A DNA stretch of 64,000 nt from Ptychomitrium polyphyllum. Taxonomy: Eukaryota. The notes below the pieces were generated by a model. It made no database searches. It was given only the letters and a program-made list of their open reading frames with translations, and was not told the origin of the DNA. The position numbers and the translations under genes were made by a program. The DNA lies in contig OZ316775.1 in assembly GCA_973851085.1 (NCBI GenBank), positions 13,454,001 to 13,518,000 of the forward strand, in the 5' to 3' direction. Positions 38,700 to 51,952 of the stretch are shown here, piece by piece; the first letter of the stretch is position 1; each line of letters opens with the position of its first letter.

Positions 38700-39240
38700 A
38701 TAAGATTAATGTGGGTGTAGTTAATATTATAGACACAAGAAACAAGAAGCAAAGATGAAGTGTTTTTCAATTATTAACAATCATTAACAAGAACTGATAC
38801 AAAGATTGGAATAAAGCAAGATTCAATATAATCTACAACTTGTGTTGGCAAGACTAAGGTATACCTTGTCTTGCCTCCTATTTATACTATAACGCTTGTA
38901 TTTCCTAGGATATTTCTAAAGAAGCTTCCTAAGAAGTTTATAAGATGGTAGAACCTTCCTAAGAAGCTTCCAAGGAGTTCAAACCTTCCCTAGAAGTTTC
39001 CTATGGTGGTGGAACCTTTTTAGGAAGTTTCCAAAAGAGGTAGAAGCTACTTAGGAAGTTTTCTAAAGATGTAGAAACTTCCTAGGAAGTTTCTCAAAGT
39101 AGTAGAACATTTGTAAGAAGTTTTCCAAAGAAGTGGAAATGGCTATGGACACATTGAAAGTATTGTAAGAAGCTATTATAATATACTAGAAGGTTCTAAA
39201 AGATTCTAAAAGTTATGTTGATTGATTTATCTCCATGACA
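38700..39240 (-). mobile_element. Degenerate solo-LTR-like relic containing a roughly 31-bp sub-repeat array
   Basis: The minus strand begins TGTCATGG at 39240, carries about 7 degenerate copies of GTAGAAACTTCCTAGGAAGTTTCC (38915-39130), then a TATAAATAGG box. This is an LTR-like order. No TSD was found and the left boundary is approximate. Confidence 0.45.
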
Positions 39241-41452
39241 ATTAAGACCATCTTTTTTAAGAATTTTTTGATAGTGAGGATAAATGTCAATTAAAGGTTT
39301 TTAATAAAAAAAAATTAGAATGCAATGATTTGATAAAATAAAGATTTTTGTGATGTTTCCTAGAAATGAATGTTTATTGTAAATAATTGTTAGCAATTCT
39401 TCTTTAACTAGTGTGTATGGTATATTTTATTGAATGCATCTAATACGTATATGAGTATTATTAAAAGTTAAAGTGTATTTACATAAAACATTGTGGATAT
39501 ATTATTGTGAGTTTTTAATAATATGTTATATTTTTAAAATCAAATTTAGTAAAAAAATAAATGTGAGTTATTAATGGTTTTTTAAATGATTTATAGTACA
39601 ATATTTAATAAGTAGTGTCTTAATTGATAAAGTGTGCTCTATAGTTGGTGATAATTATAATAAATAGAAATAAAAGGCTAAGATTTAAGATAGAGAAATG
39701 GAATAATTTGATTTTACATTAAGAACAAGGAATTACAACAAGGTTCAAGGCTAAAAGGTTTAAGTCTTGACTTTTATATATACTATAAATCTAAAGTTCC
39801 TTATAAACATTTCAAAAGGCTACCAATACATCACTTTTATCCATGCAAACTTCTAATTGCATTTTTGGAAGCTTTTTTGGCTAGTTGAAACATTTTCCAC
39901 CATAATGTTATATTTTTTTATCACCTCATTTAACATAGCCCACTCTTCTTTTGCTACATTTGTTACATGTTCCTCATCATTGTTTTAAAAAGATAAAATC
40001 CTTAATTTCACTAAGTTGTGCCTTTTATTATAATTGGCATAGAATAGAACATACACACCTTTACAGTAACAAATATGCATAATAAGCAATACACTAGGCT
40101 AATTTGGTAGCCAAAAAAGACCTAACACAATTACAATTTTTAACATCCTAAACATCAAACAGTACTCAAATTTCAATCCCCTCCTCCTTCCTTCTCTCTT
40201 ATAATGGACCATTTCAAAATATTCATATTTTATTATTTTTTATCAACAAACACTATCACATATTTAGAACCTAGTATTCCTACAAAAATAACCAAACCTA
40301 AAAAGGAACCAAATACAATCCACATGTTATGTATATATCACCAAAAAAGATCATTGCAATCTTTACACAAATGCAATAGTTGGCTAATATATACAAAGCA
40401 CTAAACATCATTTAAATTATATATTCTAATGCCATAAAAATCAATTAACTCTCGAATTAATTGCAACCAAAATTGGTCCAAAATCTCCTACTCCATAATA
40501 ATATATTTATTTAACACCACTTTCATCCAACTTTGATATGAATCACCCTTGAGATCTCTCCCATAACTTTGTTAATATATTGACGGCTGTTTTGAACCAC
40601 TTTTTTATCCTAAAATAGAAGAACATTAAGGAGAAAAAAGAATTAGAAATTTGGAGGAAGGTAATCAAACTTGCAAGGAAACTTGCAATCCAAGCAAATG
40701 TCATCAGCTTACCACAACATAATGAAGACACTATTGCTGAAAATGATGTTTTACATGAAACATAGTTGGTTCCTTGAAAATTGCTTTGAAATAATTATCA
40801 TGAGAAGTTGTTCAAGTTTTTTAAAGTAAATTGTAAGCAATTTTTCTTGGTTTGGTCATGATTATAAGATTGATAAACAATGTTATAAGTAAATCTCCCA
40901 TCAAAGTCAATTTTTGTGGCAAAATTGTCATAGGATGTGGCATATAAAAGGAAAAAGAAAAGAGGACATAACTTTGCAATACAACTTTGCTTGCAAATAA
41001 TATTTCTTCACCAAGTGATATTAATATCACTTTAGAAGATAGTAAATAAGAGGATGTTCCTGGAAGATAATAAATATATAACGTTAGTTTGAATTAAAGG
41101 AATTTTGAAGGAATCTACCAGGACTTTCATAGAACCAGCCTTTTTTAATTCACAAATAAGCAAGCAAAGAAATATATTCAAGACAAGTCATAACTTTCAT
41201 AATGCCTCCATCAGTTGACTTTCGAAGCACTGTGGCCTAAAACTCCAATCAAGGAGTAGAACTTAGGATTATAACTGGTATCCTTCACTTCAAGACAGTA
41301 CTTGGATCCCCACCGCACTCATTTCCAAGGAACACTTTTGTAAGGCAACTCGCTTCCACCGTCATGCCGTGCACCGGCAGTGTTCACCATGCAAATAAAT
41401 GTCAAAGCATAGAAAATCAATAGAAGTCCGAAGTCCTCTCCAACCTCATATC

Positions 41453-41568
41453 GTAGAATCAGTCACCATAATGTAGAATCAGTCACCATACTGTAGAATG
41501 AGTCACCATACTGTATAATCATTCACCATAATGTAGAATCAGTCACCATACTGTAGAATCATTCACCA
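41453..41568 (+). repeat. Tandem repeat, about 6 x 20 bp (GTAGAATCAGTCACCATACT)
   Basis: Read directly: five full copies with up to 3 substitutions plus a partial sixth, no spacers. Confidence 0.95.
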
Positions 41569-41976
41569 AGCACACAACCAACTTTTCGACGGTGGATAAT
41601 TCGATCGATGCACGCGGACTGTCATGGTATCTATACCTCCGAACGGTTGCTAGCTTGCAAGCTTGCTGGTCAAGGCTGGGCAGCATCGGACCTGGCGTCC
41701 TCTGAGTCCTCTGACCGGTAGTTAGAACACGCTCAGCACAATCACACGCTCCGTTCAATCACACACTCGTCACCACCTGGAATTCTCCTGAAGTATGAAG
41801 ACTCAATCTTTCGCTGAGCACTTGCTTATGAGCCCGTCCATAACTGCGCGGTTATCACTGTTCTCTCTGCTCGCAAGGCGCACAAATTATCATCTCTTGT
41901 CCAAGTTTATCAGAGTTAGTGGATCTCTGTCTTTAGGGCTTTTCACATATTTCAGTAAGAGAGGAAGTGAAGCTCG

Positions 41977-42861
41977 CTGAGAGAGCAAAAGGAGGTTTGG
42001 TCGGGTGGTGTACGTGTATCGCTGGATTGTGCTCGGGATCAAGCGCGGGCCATATTTGCGGACTTCGGCGAGTTGTGCAAGTGGAACCCGTCTATAACGG
42101 TGTGCGACTTGGTGGAGGGGAAAAACAATGCGCTGGAGAGCGTTCGTTACTGTCGAGGGACTCTAGCTGATTCGTGGGTGTGTGAGAATTTGCTCGTCCA
42201 CGACGAGAATAATCATCTGTGTAAGTAACAGATAGAAGGCAACCTGTTCCGATTCCGCGATGGTGTACAAAACTACGTTTCGCAAATTCAGGTCAGGCTG
42301 CATTTTCCTCTTTCTTGAATTCTATGGTCAATTGATCTCCAAGTTTTGATGATTCTTAGACTTGTGATGGCAGCGTTGTGCATTGTTCAAATACACTCTT
42401 TCTTGCTGAACTGTGTCTAATCATGTTTTAATAATTTTAATAATTCGCAGTGATTGTGGATGCGTGCATTGTAGTTTGAATTTCGTAAGTGCAAGAATGT
42501 CAACCTGCTTGTTTGGTTGTACCTGATTCCGCCTTGAGAATAGCACTCGCTTGCTGTCCTAGCTAATAATATTGATATGGTATGTCAAATGCAAGTTTCC
42601 TGGCTACTTATAAGGTTGATGAGGTGCGAATCTCGTGTGCAGTTTCGTGACGTCGGAGACGGAAAGACTTTTGTGGATTGGACGTGCACAGTGCATCCAG
42701 TGGCCACTCAAAAGTGTGAACAGTTCACAAGTTTCATGACAGGGTTCTACTTGTACAATCTCAACATATCCAATCAGCTGCTAATGCAAGAACCACCTCC
42801 TCGAATTCTGCTCAAGAGCAGCAAATTCACAGAAATTCTACTCCGAACTGCAAGCTCATAA
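41977..42861 (+). pseudogene. SRPBCC / polyketide-cyclase (lachrymatory-factor-synthase-like) pseudogene, 2 exons
   Basis: Exon 41977-42291 reads EQKEVWSGGVRVSLDCARDQARAIFADFGELCKWNPSITVCDLVEGKNNALESVRYC..SWVCENLL..HLCK*QIEGN..VQNYVSQIQ, then a GT-AG intron, then exon 42643-42861 FRDVGDGKTFVDWTCTVHPV.. There is an in-frame TAA at 42226-42228 and no in-frame ATG after the TGA at 41968. Confidence 0.8.
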
Positions 42862-44236
42862 ATGCGCGATATGCGGTCTCCAGATCTCCATCTACTTTCT
42901 CGTGTACGTGAATCTTGGGCTACTTCATCTAGCATGCGCATTGGCTTCATCCACGTGGACTTCCACAGCATTGACTCGATCGTTGAACCTTCCGAACGTT
43001 GGTCAACACTGATCGGAGCAGTGGCAAAATTACGCTACGTTGTCCAACAACCTTCCGAACGTTCGACAACAAGCTGCGAAGTTTTGCCACTGCCCCAAAT
43101 CAAGCACTTCCACGATATGAGATCGCCACTGAAACCCCCCCGTCATTCCTCGAATTGTACAGATTCCTAAAACGGAACGGGAGATTCGGCGATCTTGCAG
43201 GGAGCCCCGCCTCCTGAATCTCGTGTCTCAGCAATTTCTTAGGCGCTTATTTCGGAGACTTTGGTACCAAAAAGGATTAAAATAAAATACCTTATACGCA
43301 GACTCTACTACAGTACGTAGGACCAGTATTATCATTTTGTTGAGTGTGTGTTTTTCTCATTTGAAAGAAATCCGTGATTTTAATGAAAAATGGAAACAGT
43401 AAACCGAGTCCCAAGGAAGGGTTAGCCGCACAGTAAGAGTAGGGGTGTTCATGTCCCACCTTGGCAGATGAAACACCTGCACAGCATTATTTTGTGTTAT
43501 TTTGTTGCAGTGTCAATTTGACATGATTTGGCAAATTCAGACGACACTCTGGTTAGGAAATATTGGTTACTGTGACATCATTCTATCTCTTTTCTTGTAC
43601 AAAATGCAAATGATGCAAGTAGCTGATGCATTTTGACCATAAGTTTCCAGGCACATTGTCAAATGTCTGTAAACTGAAAATTCTATGTAGTGCCAAAAGT
43701 AATGTTTATAAGCAAATTTAACAGGATCATCCTCTTGCACTAACATTTCATACTAACCTCAAAGAAAATTGTAATTTGTATCATTTTTCAGCCTCTGCCT
43801 CCTAAACTTTAGTACAGAAATCTAGTCATCAACCCCACATATAAGTTGAGTGTTGATAGAACAAAAACCATGAAAACCTCACTTAAAGCGTATCCGCCAC
43901 AACCCACCTCGGCAATACCCTTATACAAACAATCCCCTCAAAATAGTGAACAAGCGCCAGCTGCAACACTAAAAGGAAAACCCTATTTCCAAAGACTCGT
44001 GCCACCTGCGCCAACGAGGAACTCTCTCGCTACAGTTGCCAAAACCGAAAATTCAAACCACGACAGAATATTAAGGTTTCCTCTAATAAGGAAACGAACC
44101 CCCCGTAAACTAAACGATCATGTTGGGAGGGCAGACTTGATTTAGCCCCAGAAAACTTCGAACGGACCAGCACTGGGTTGATACCCGAGGAGAAACCAGA
44201 CTCTGTCGCCGGTTCCGACAGGCTCCCGTTTCAGCC

Positions 44237-44252
44237 GGCCCAAGCCCAACGG
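44237..44252 (+). promoter_or_regulatory. Site II-like (GGCCCA/AGCCCA) promoter motifs upstream of the uncharacterised gene
   Basis: ggcccaagcccaacgg lies in a GC-richer stretch before a probable 5'UTR. Motif match only. Confidence 0.3.
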
Positions 44253-45729
44253 TCTTCTAGAGATGGCCTTGATGTCCTGCAATGCTTTGAATGTCGCTAG
44301 GGGCCCTGCTTTGCATCCATCACTGGCCACCATTCACGCCACTCCATCGCAACGCTGCTGCATTCAGCACTTGCTGCTAGATCGTAGCCGTTCTGGTCCT
44401 CGGGCCCCTGCAACCCCCTTTCCAAGGCCCTGGCTTGTTATTGCTGCCATGGTTAGAGATTGAGGAACGTGATTTCCATTGTGAGAAGGTTTGGCCAAGG
44501 TTTTGTGTTGTCCCTGGGGGTTTTGTGTGGGGTGCTTCTCGAGGGGTTTGTGTCGAGGTGTAGTTGAAGTGGAGGTGAAGTTGAGATAAGGTTGAGGTGA
44601 GGTAGGTTAGTGAGGTTTCGCTGTGTCTGTGATGATTGGGTTGGATGCGAGGATTTCGACATTTCGGATTTTGGTGGTGGTTTGTGTTGGAGTTGGGGTT
44701 TTCATTGTGACGAGGAAGTGCAGGAAAGGGTCGTTCGTTGGTTGCGAGTAAGGAGCGGGTTTTTGTCCCGGTTAGGGACGTGGATCCTGGGAGATGGGGT
44801 GGCTGTGGACGTGTCTCGGTGGCGGACCTAGCATCCAGTCCGCCAAACGTTCGAAATCTCACCGGGTGAGAAGTACTTCTCAATGGTTTTGTCGCTTTTG
44901 TTGTGGAGCTTTGCCGATTGAGGTGAGACTGGTCGAACTCCCGCGACTGTGACTGGGTCGGGTTAGGCCGAGCCGGGCCGCATCGTAGATGTAGTGTTGG
45001 TGGATAGCATTTTGAACTTCACACGGTTGCTGCCAGATGGTAGAGATATCAGATGCGCATACGATGCGCTGAAAGGCTGCGTGATTCGAAGCTAGTCTAA
45101 TTGTGTTAGATAGTTTTTCCTTCCCTTCTAGATTGTATGTGGAAAGCGTTGTTCGCACCAGGTACGAGGTAATGGAGTAGTGGACAAATCTGGTGGAAGT
45201 GCCAAAGATCTAATCTATAGTAGTGTGGAAATCCTCTTCCGAGGAACTACGAGGGGTTTAGAAATAAGGCTGTATCTGAACTTCGAAATGTATTACCGAA
45301 ATATAGACGGATAAATGTAGACGGTAAATCAGCAGGAAGATACAGATGCCATTACTTTCGTGATCATGCACTCTTTTACTCTTAGGGAGACAGTACTTCC
45401 TACTCCTTGACATCTAGTAATCGATGCATTGAGATATCCAGTCCCTAGTCGGCCTAAGTGATGATTAATCTGAAGAGCATACTGCGATGAGTACTTCAAT
45501 ATACAGCAGTACGGCTAGATTTGTAGACTTGTACTAAACTTCATAGAGGATAATCCAAGGCTAGGATTTACAGGTACAAATCCGATGTAGAATAAAAAGA
45601 TCCTTCATAACTGACGGCCTGATATCAGACGCTTTGTCAGACTCTGAAGCACAAGGTGTCACTTGGCTCAATATTAGTAATCACAATGTTGATTCAACAT
45701 AGAATGCTGGAAGTGGTTCAGTATTTAAA

Positions 45730-48700
45730 ATGACAATTCGTCCTGTTAGTAGCATGTCCCTAAACTCCAAATTCATCCGAGTATTTCTGAATTTTCTTCT
45801 CAAACGTTTGAAATATGTGCAGGGGAAAATCACTAACCAGCCGCACAATTTGAGACTTCATCCGCTCCCAACCCAGCTTACCAGACATGGTTAGGTTTCT
45901 GTCACGTTTGCTGATGCACTGTCCAATTTTAACAATCAAAATCTTACGAGAACGAGGTACTTCATTCTTGGTAATGTATTTGACCCCATGGTTTTTTGTC
46001 TTGGGCTCAGGATATGGAGTCTTTGAGCCCTCCCACTTGCAGGAGATACCGAGCAGAGGTAAATGCGGCGAGCCTGACAACATGGAGGCATTCAAAATTC
46101 CGACAACTTCTGTAAACACATGTATCAGCATTAACACTCTCAAAAAGGCATCTGAGCGTAGCCTTGAGTCCAGTTTCAGGAGAGAATTTGGATTGAGCAT
46201 GCGTTCTGACGTGGATGAGTTGAAGGAAGAGCTTGCCGCACTTCGGCGAAGGCTCTCTAATGAAGAAGCTGAAGCCAAGAAACTTAGGGAGGAGGTAGAA
46301 GTTTCCGCATATATGCTGTATGGACAGCATTACTCCATGGATTTTGAGTTGTATGAAGCGATCATTCCACATTTTGTACTAATGCTGAGAATTCTGCTTT
46401 GTCACAGGTAAACTACTTGCGGTCCTGTGGTGTTCTGCAAAGATCTGAGGACTCTTCTTCAGATTCAAAAGTAGATCAGTTTCTCCCAGGGGAAGAGTCA
46501 ACTTATAATGCATCTGTGGATGATGAAATAAGCGAAAAACAACGACAAAGTGATGTCGCGCCTGTCAAGCAGCTTCGGAAATGTTTCTCTGGACCCATGC
46601 TCTTCGATGTGCATTCACCTTTAGGAAAAGACTTGTAAGTATCGTTGTTGTTGTGCAAATAATATCTTCATGCCAAATTTTTTGTAAATTGTTCCGTTTC
46701 CGATAGACTTGGTCTTGACTGAGATATTCTTGGCTGTGCAGTTCGGAATCTGCTATAGTTCCTTATTCAACACAGACTCGCATATCGTCCCACCGTGCAG
46801 GACTTTCTCCGAAACCTCATTCCTTTGCTCATAAAGCACACCTGGGTGAGGTTGATGCAATTCGCCAGACTAGACACAAGGGTAAAGAGGAAGTTGTCAC
46901 CTCAGAACCCACTCAAAAGATTTCTAAAGTTAACCTCAGCAATAATCTGCAGCACTATCCAAGTACGAAAGTGGCTGCTTGGACGAGTCAGACAACCGGA
47001 GAGGTACGTGTTGAACTGAGTCCTTGAAACATATACTTTGTGTATAACATGCCTGCGGCCTTGGCACATTATTATTGAGTTTTCTAAATCACAACTTATT
47101 TTCTATGATTTAGGGCCATCACGACGGAATGTTTACGGACCTTGTAATCTTGGATTCCATGGACGTGCATTGGATTGAGGTCGCCAGTGCACCTTGCGCC
47201 AGCGGCTTCTCTACTAATGTAAGTCGAGATGACCACCATTCTCGAGACCACGCAGAGTCGCCACACAGGTCATCACGAGCAGCGTCCACATTGGCAGATG
47301 CTTCGGGAAGGAAATCTGGGAAGTTAATAGGGAAACGGCGCCAGTCTAAACGCTCCACGGATTTGCTAGAACCCACCGAGAAGCGATCCAAAGAGCAGTC
47401 GATGGTTCTCAGCAACCAATATCCATCACTCACCCCAGAGCAAATCGAGGAGCAACTGTCGCAAGCTGTTGCCGCATTCAGGCAGCAGAAACTGGAATTG
47501 GAAGCCAAACATCAGACGTCGTTTTGTCAAGGGCCCAGTGCGTCACCAAATAACCAACCCAGTTCTAATCCAGGCGTAGGCGGCTTTTTCCGAAATTCTC
47601 GAAAAAAACCACACGCGATGAGAAACCGTGGGTTTCATGGATGTTTGTCACCTGTGAAGGAAGCCCTCTCCATTGAAGAAATCACCTGGAGCAGGCAGAG
47701 CAGTAGCCGAAATGAATCCATCTCTGCTGGTAAACCTGAAGATTCATCAAACCTAAAAGATTTAGGGACCAGCAGACTTTTGAAAACTGTGAGGAATGGT
47801 TCTCAAAACCAAGGATTCAAATTTTCGGCCCACATTTTAGAAGTCTCCCCTACGAAAACCTCCAGGCCGGAAGTGACGACGTCTGAGAATGAATTGGACG
47901 AGAGGCCATCCGCAATGGAGAGCATCGCCATGGTGCCCATACAGTGCGCCTCCCCTTCTCTCTCACCTAAGAAAAGATCATCATCGGCGGCGCTGGATGC
48001 TCTCTGTGCTTTGGCGGTGAACTCAAAGATTTCAGCCCCAGGTAGATACCTTGTGGACGACGGTGTGGAAGGGCTGCTGGAAGAAGCAGACTTGATTCAG
48101 GCGTGCGAGTTGGATGATGATGTCGAAGGAATGGACATTAAGCCAATAGAATGCGCTTCGCCGTCTTTCTCAGATCGGAGAAAGAACTCAAGAGCTGGCC
48201 TTGTTCGCCAATCGATCACCTTCGATCCTAAAGACTCCTCACCATTGATGGCTTCATCTAACGAATTTCTTGATGAGGTTTTTCGTTCAAATACTGGAGG
48301 AAAGTCCACTCCTTCCCCAAGTGGAAAGACCTCCCACAGGTCTCCTGGAATGCAGGAAAGATCTGTGACACCCAGTCCACGGCAGCAGTGGACGCCTAGT
48401 CCTCAAAAGAACATCGATTCTTCTCCATGGATCAATGAACGAAGCTGGTATTGCGATGCAATTGATGCTATCCAAAGCATCAATGACATACGCAGCTCCA
48501 AGGAGCGGCGCCTACTCACGGAGTCAGTTTCCTTGGGGAATTCTCCTGCTGGAAAGACGCAGCGTCAGCTAGGTCCGCGTAACCCACATGCTTTTTCAGC
48601 TGAGAAAAAGATCCTCAGACGAGCCTTTTCGTGGTACGTCTCCGAGCATGACGAACGCATGAGGACTTTTGGCTTGAAGGAAAGGTTTCCACAAAGAGAA

Positions 48701-49790
48701 AATGAGGGACCTGAGTTAACTGTGAAAGATCACAATGCTCAGAAATCATTTGTGCCTAACAGTGTGCAATCCAGAGAACCTTTGCAGAATGGAAGGCAGC
48801 CTAACCCAATTTCAAAAAGAGGTGATCCCAGCTCAGCTTGCTCAATTCAAAAGTCCAGTTTATTTTTGTTACGGTGTAATGCTGGAGCTCCTCAAGTTGA
48901 GGCATAGCCAGAGATAAGTCTCCACTGAGTTTATCTCAAGTGTCTTAACTCGTCAGCTCGTTCCTGTACTATTTCAGGTCTTACGCTGCATACCAGGAGG
49001 TTTTCGGATTCTGATAGTGGTGGCTCAGCTACTTTCTCCATTGACTTGACTAGAGCTGACAGCTCTCAGAACAACTCCCAGGATGACAGCTCGCAAAATC
49101 AGAATGATTTTGAAGGTCTTCATGCTAAACACATCAACACGACTGCATCTTTCTTACGTGAAAAGGTCGACAAAGAAAATTCAGCAGCCAGAATTGGTCT
49201 TGCTCCTAACAAGAACAACAGCTTGCGAGCTTCCGATCAATCTATATCATTGAGTGATTCCAACAAGTATCTCAGGAAGTCGCAAGAAGCGATTCCTGAG
49301 AACAGGTCTGTTTTGGGTTCGGTTCCATTCAACCACGGGGATAATAGCCCAACAGACATGTATATTGAGGTATGTTGCTCACATTGTAGGGAAACTTTTT
49401 CCAATTCCAAGATCTGAATAGACCTGCCACTGTGCACTAACAGAGCAGATGCCGGTAATTGGTTAATGTAGATGATAGGAGTTGACGTATGCCCACTAAA
49501 GGATTTTGGGGTATTGAATTTATAACAGGATACAAGAAGTCAAAGGTATCCAACAATATCTCAGCGAGCAGGGACAAAACCGTCTTCCAGGTACTCCTGA
49601 AAATTAATATCGTGACTCTTGATTCTCTACATTCCGGCTTTTGTCTATCTCATACTCCTTAGTGAACTCTCTAGCTGAAAATGTGAAGAATGTGCACCTC
49701 CAAGGGATCACTAATGTTGTACCTTTGGTGTGACTTATGAGCAGGGGAAGCCCTGCCAAGATTTTGATGAGAAGCAGGAGTTTTATGTAA
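45730..49790 (+). CDS. Uncharacterised protein of about 1,000 aa with N-terminal coiled coil and S/P-rich disordered body, 8 exons
   Basis: Exons (45730)-45889, 46011-46294, 46408-46634, 46742-47003, 47114-48821, 48978-49369, 49529-49590, 49745-49790; all GT-AG and in frame, including a 1.7-kb open exon. Coiled-coil segment DVDELKEELAALRRRLSNEEAEAKKLREEVNYL. Start uncertain (alternative ATG 46082). No family recognised. Confidence 0.8.
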
Positions 49791-51952
49791 ATTTACTGAA
49801 CTAGAAGTACAGTTTGTGGTCTTACTTCTCTGCATTGGCAAAACAGAAGTTTTCCCAGCATTTAGGTATGTCCAACCTTGTTAATAGTGTAATGCAGTTC
49901 CAAAAATCTGTGCCTGAAATCCGGCTTACCCAATAAGACCAAATTCCAATGTTTTTGACCTCATATGGAGTAATTCAACGCTTTCCTCATTACCTCCACT
50001 GAAATGAAAACGCTTCGACGAGTTAGTCCTCTTTGATCAGGACTTTTGGATATGAGAGTGTTTTGAAGGTCTTTTGTTATCTTCCTTCAAATTGTGTGTT
50101 AGAATATCAGGTTGTTTCAGCTGAAAATGATGGTCATACCGTCGTTTGGAAAGGCAGCAGAATGCATGGTTCTATCAATAGTCGATACCATTGCTCCTTG
50201 CCAACGTGTGCGACGATTGTGTAAATAAGTTTGGCGTTTTTGATATGTTCAGAGCTCAGCGTGAAATTTGTGGATGCAGATGAGAGTAGGACGTTTGGTT
50301 CAGCATACGGAAGAACATAGTGTTCCTTCTGTTGGAGTTAGTTTGGTCGATCTGCAAGTGAGGGCTATAATGAGAGAACATTTAGAGTTCTGCTGTTCTA
50401 AGTCTCAATTACATTTATTGCAACGCCTTTTGTAAACAGAGTAATCGAGAAGCGTCGCTCTTCACTAACAGCAATTTTTCAAGTCGGACTAGCGGAGGAA
50501 TTATCCTGTGTAGCAGTAATTGATTTGGCCCATTGATTCTCAAATGGCAGCATCTGGCCATGTTGCTGACAGTTAATTAGTGTTAACCATGCAGCTGAAT
50601 CTGCGCCTTTGACATGGATCGGTACGAGTGAATCACGAGAACGATGCAATGGAATATGACCAATGAGTCGTGGTATTAAATATCTAGCAATATAAGTTCT
50701 GAAGTGCATGTATGAACTTCCACAGAGCAGCTTCGGCAATGATCGATCTCACGCTGAACAAGCGACTTTTAGTCGTCAGTAAGCTGCGCATCTGTCCTCT
50801 ATATGCCGGTACTACCTCCACCATCCATCGAACTCGTTTCCCAAGAAAGCATATGCTTGGCGATAGGAAGCCAGCCAGAGTGGCATGACCGATTCTCAGG
50901 GCGGCCGAACTCAACGCCTGGTTTGGAGCAACGAGAAAGGGCACAACGATATCGAATCTGCCTCCGCCAGAGCCTCGCAGTCGCCAGGTACTGTACTACG
51001 AGACTCATCGATCATCGCAACGTCAACAAAGAAGCCCTAATTTGCACAAAACCCTAATTTGTCAAGATTGCATCTTCTGCAACATCGGTCTTGATTCCAG
51101 CATCTTCGTGACTCTCAATGCGAGTCTAACCTTTCATCGTATGCGTAGTTGAGATCGGTGCAGATCATTACTTCAATCTACAGAAGTAGATTTCACGAGA
51201 ATAGGAGCTACAGCACTTCTTCGCCAAGAATTCCAACCTAAGTTAAACCGATGCTGGACAATGGAGAATCACAAACTCGTCTTCCATTGCTGCATGGCAA
51301 GATGAACAGGAGTGTCAACGTGGGGCTAGAATCTTCCTCCACTAATCGCCTCTTTCTTGCCAAATCCAGCAGAACACAATGCTTCGGCGTACAAGTCTTA
51401 CCGTAATCCAACTCTTTGGTGTACAAAACTAGTGCTTGATTCTGAGTGCACGATTCTCAAAATAGTAGCAGTAGCATGGCTTCTGCAGGAAAAACTGCCT
51501 TGCAAAAACTTGCTGTGAGGCAGGATCAGTAGAGGTGATGTTTGTGTGTCATGTCGTGTTGATGCTATTTGGGATGTGGCCGTCCAGGTCCTACTGTGTG
51601 ATATGTGATATCACGGCAGATGTAATCCTGAAGGTGATCAGAGGCAGTTGCCTAAGCACAGGACTCCTCATGTTGAAGGTGGGTTATGTGAGGAACAAGT
51701 TTCCTAGCTGTCATGGCCGCTAAGCCTCTTATTCTACATTTCTCGTTATCCAATCCTGTACAGTGTCGACACTCATGTTCATTCTGTTCTCTGTGGCAAG
51801 GTTATTCGGAGACTGCTTTCCTGGCACTGTAGTCACACAGATGTATGTGGGTGGTATTAATTAATTCTAAAAGCGCGTATATAGAAAGTCTATCATGACA
51901 TCTTCCCTGTGAAAGAGCAGAAATTTCAAGGGCATATTTTGAACCAAAAATC

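Noticed and set aside
41453..41568. CRISPR-like array
   Set aside because: Head-to-tail repeats with no spacers, no cas genes, and a eukaryotic context.
44377..44883. 168-aa minus-strand ORF
   Set aside because: Low-complexity P/T/H/N product of a GT-rich leader or intron of the plus-strand gene.
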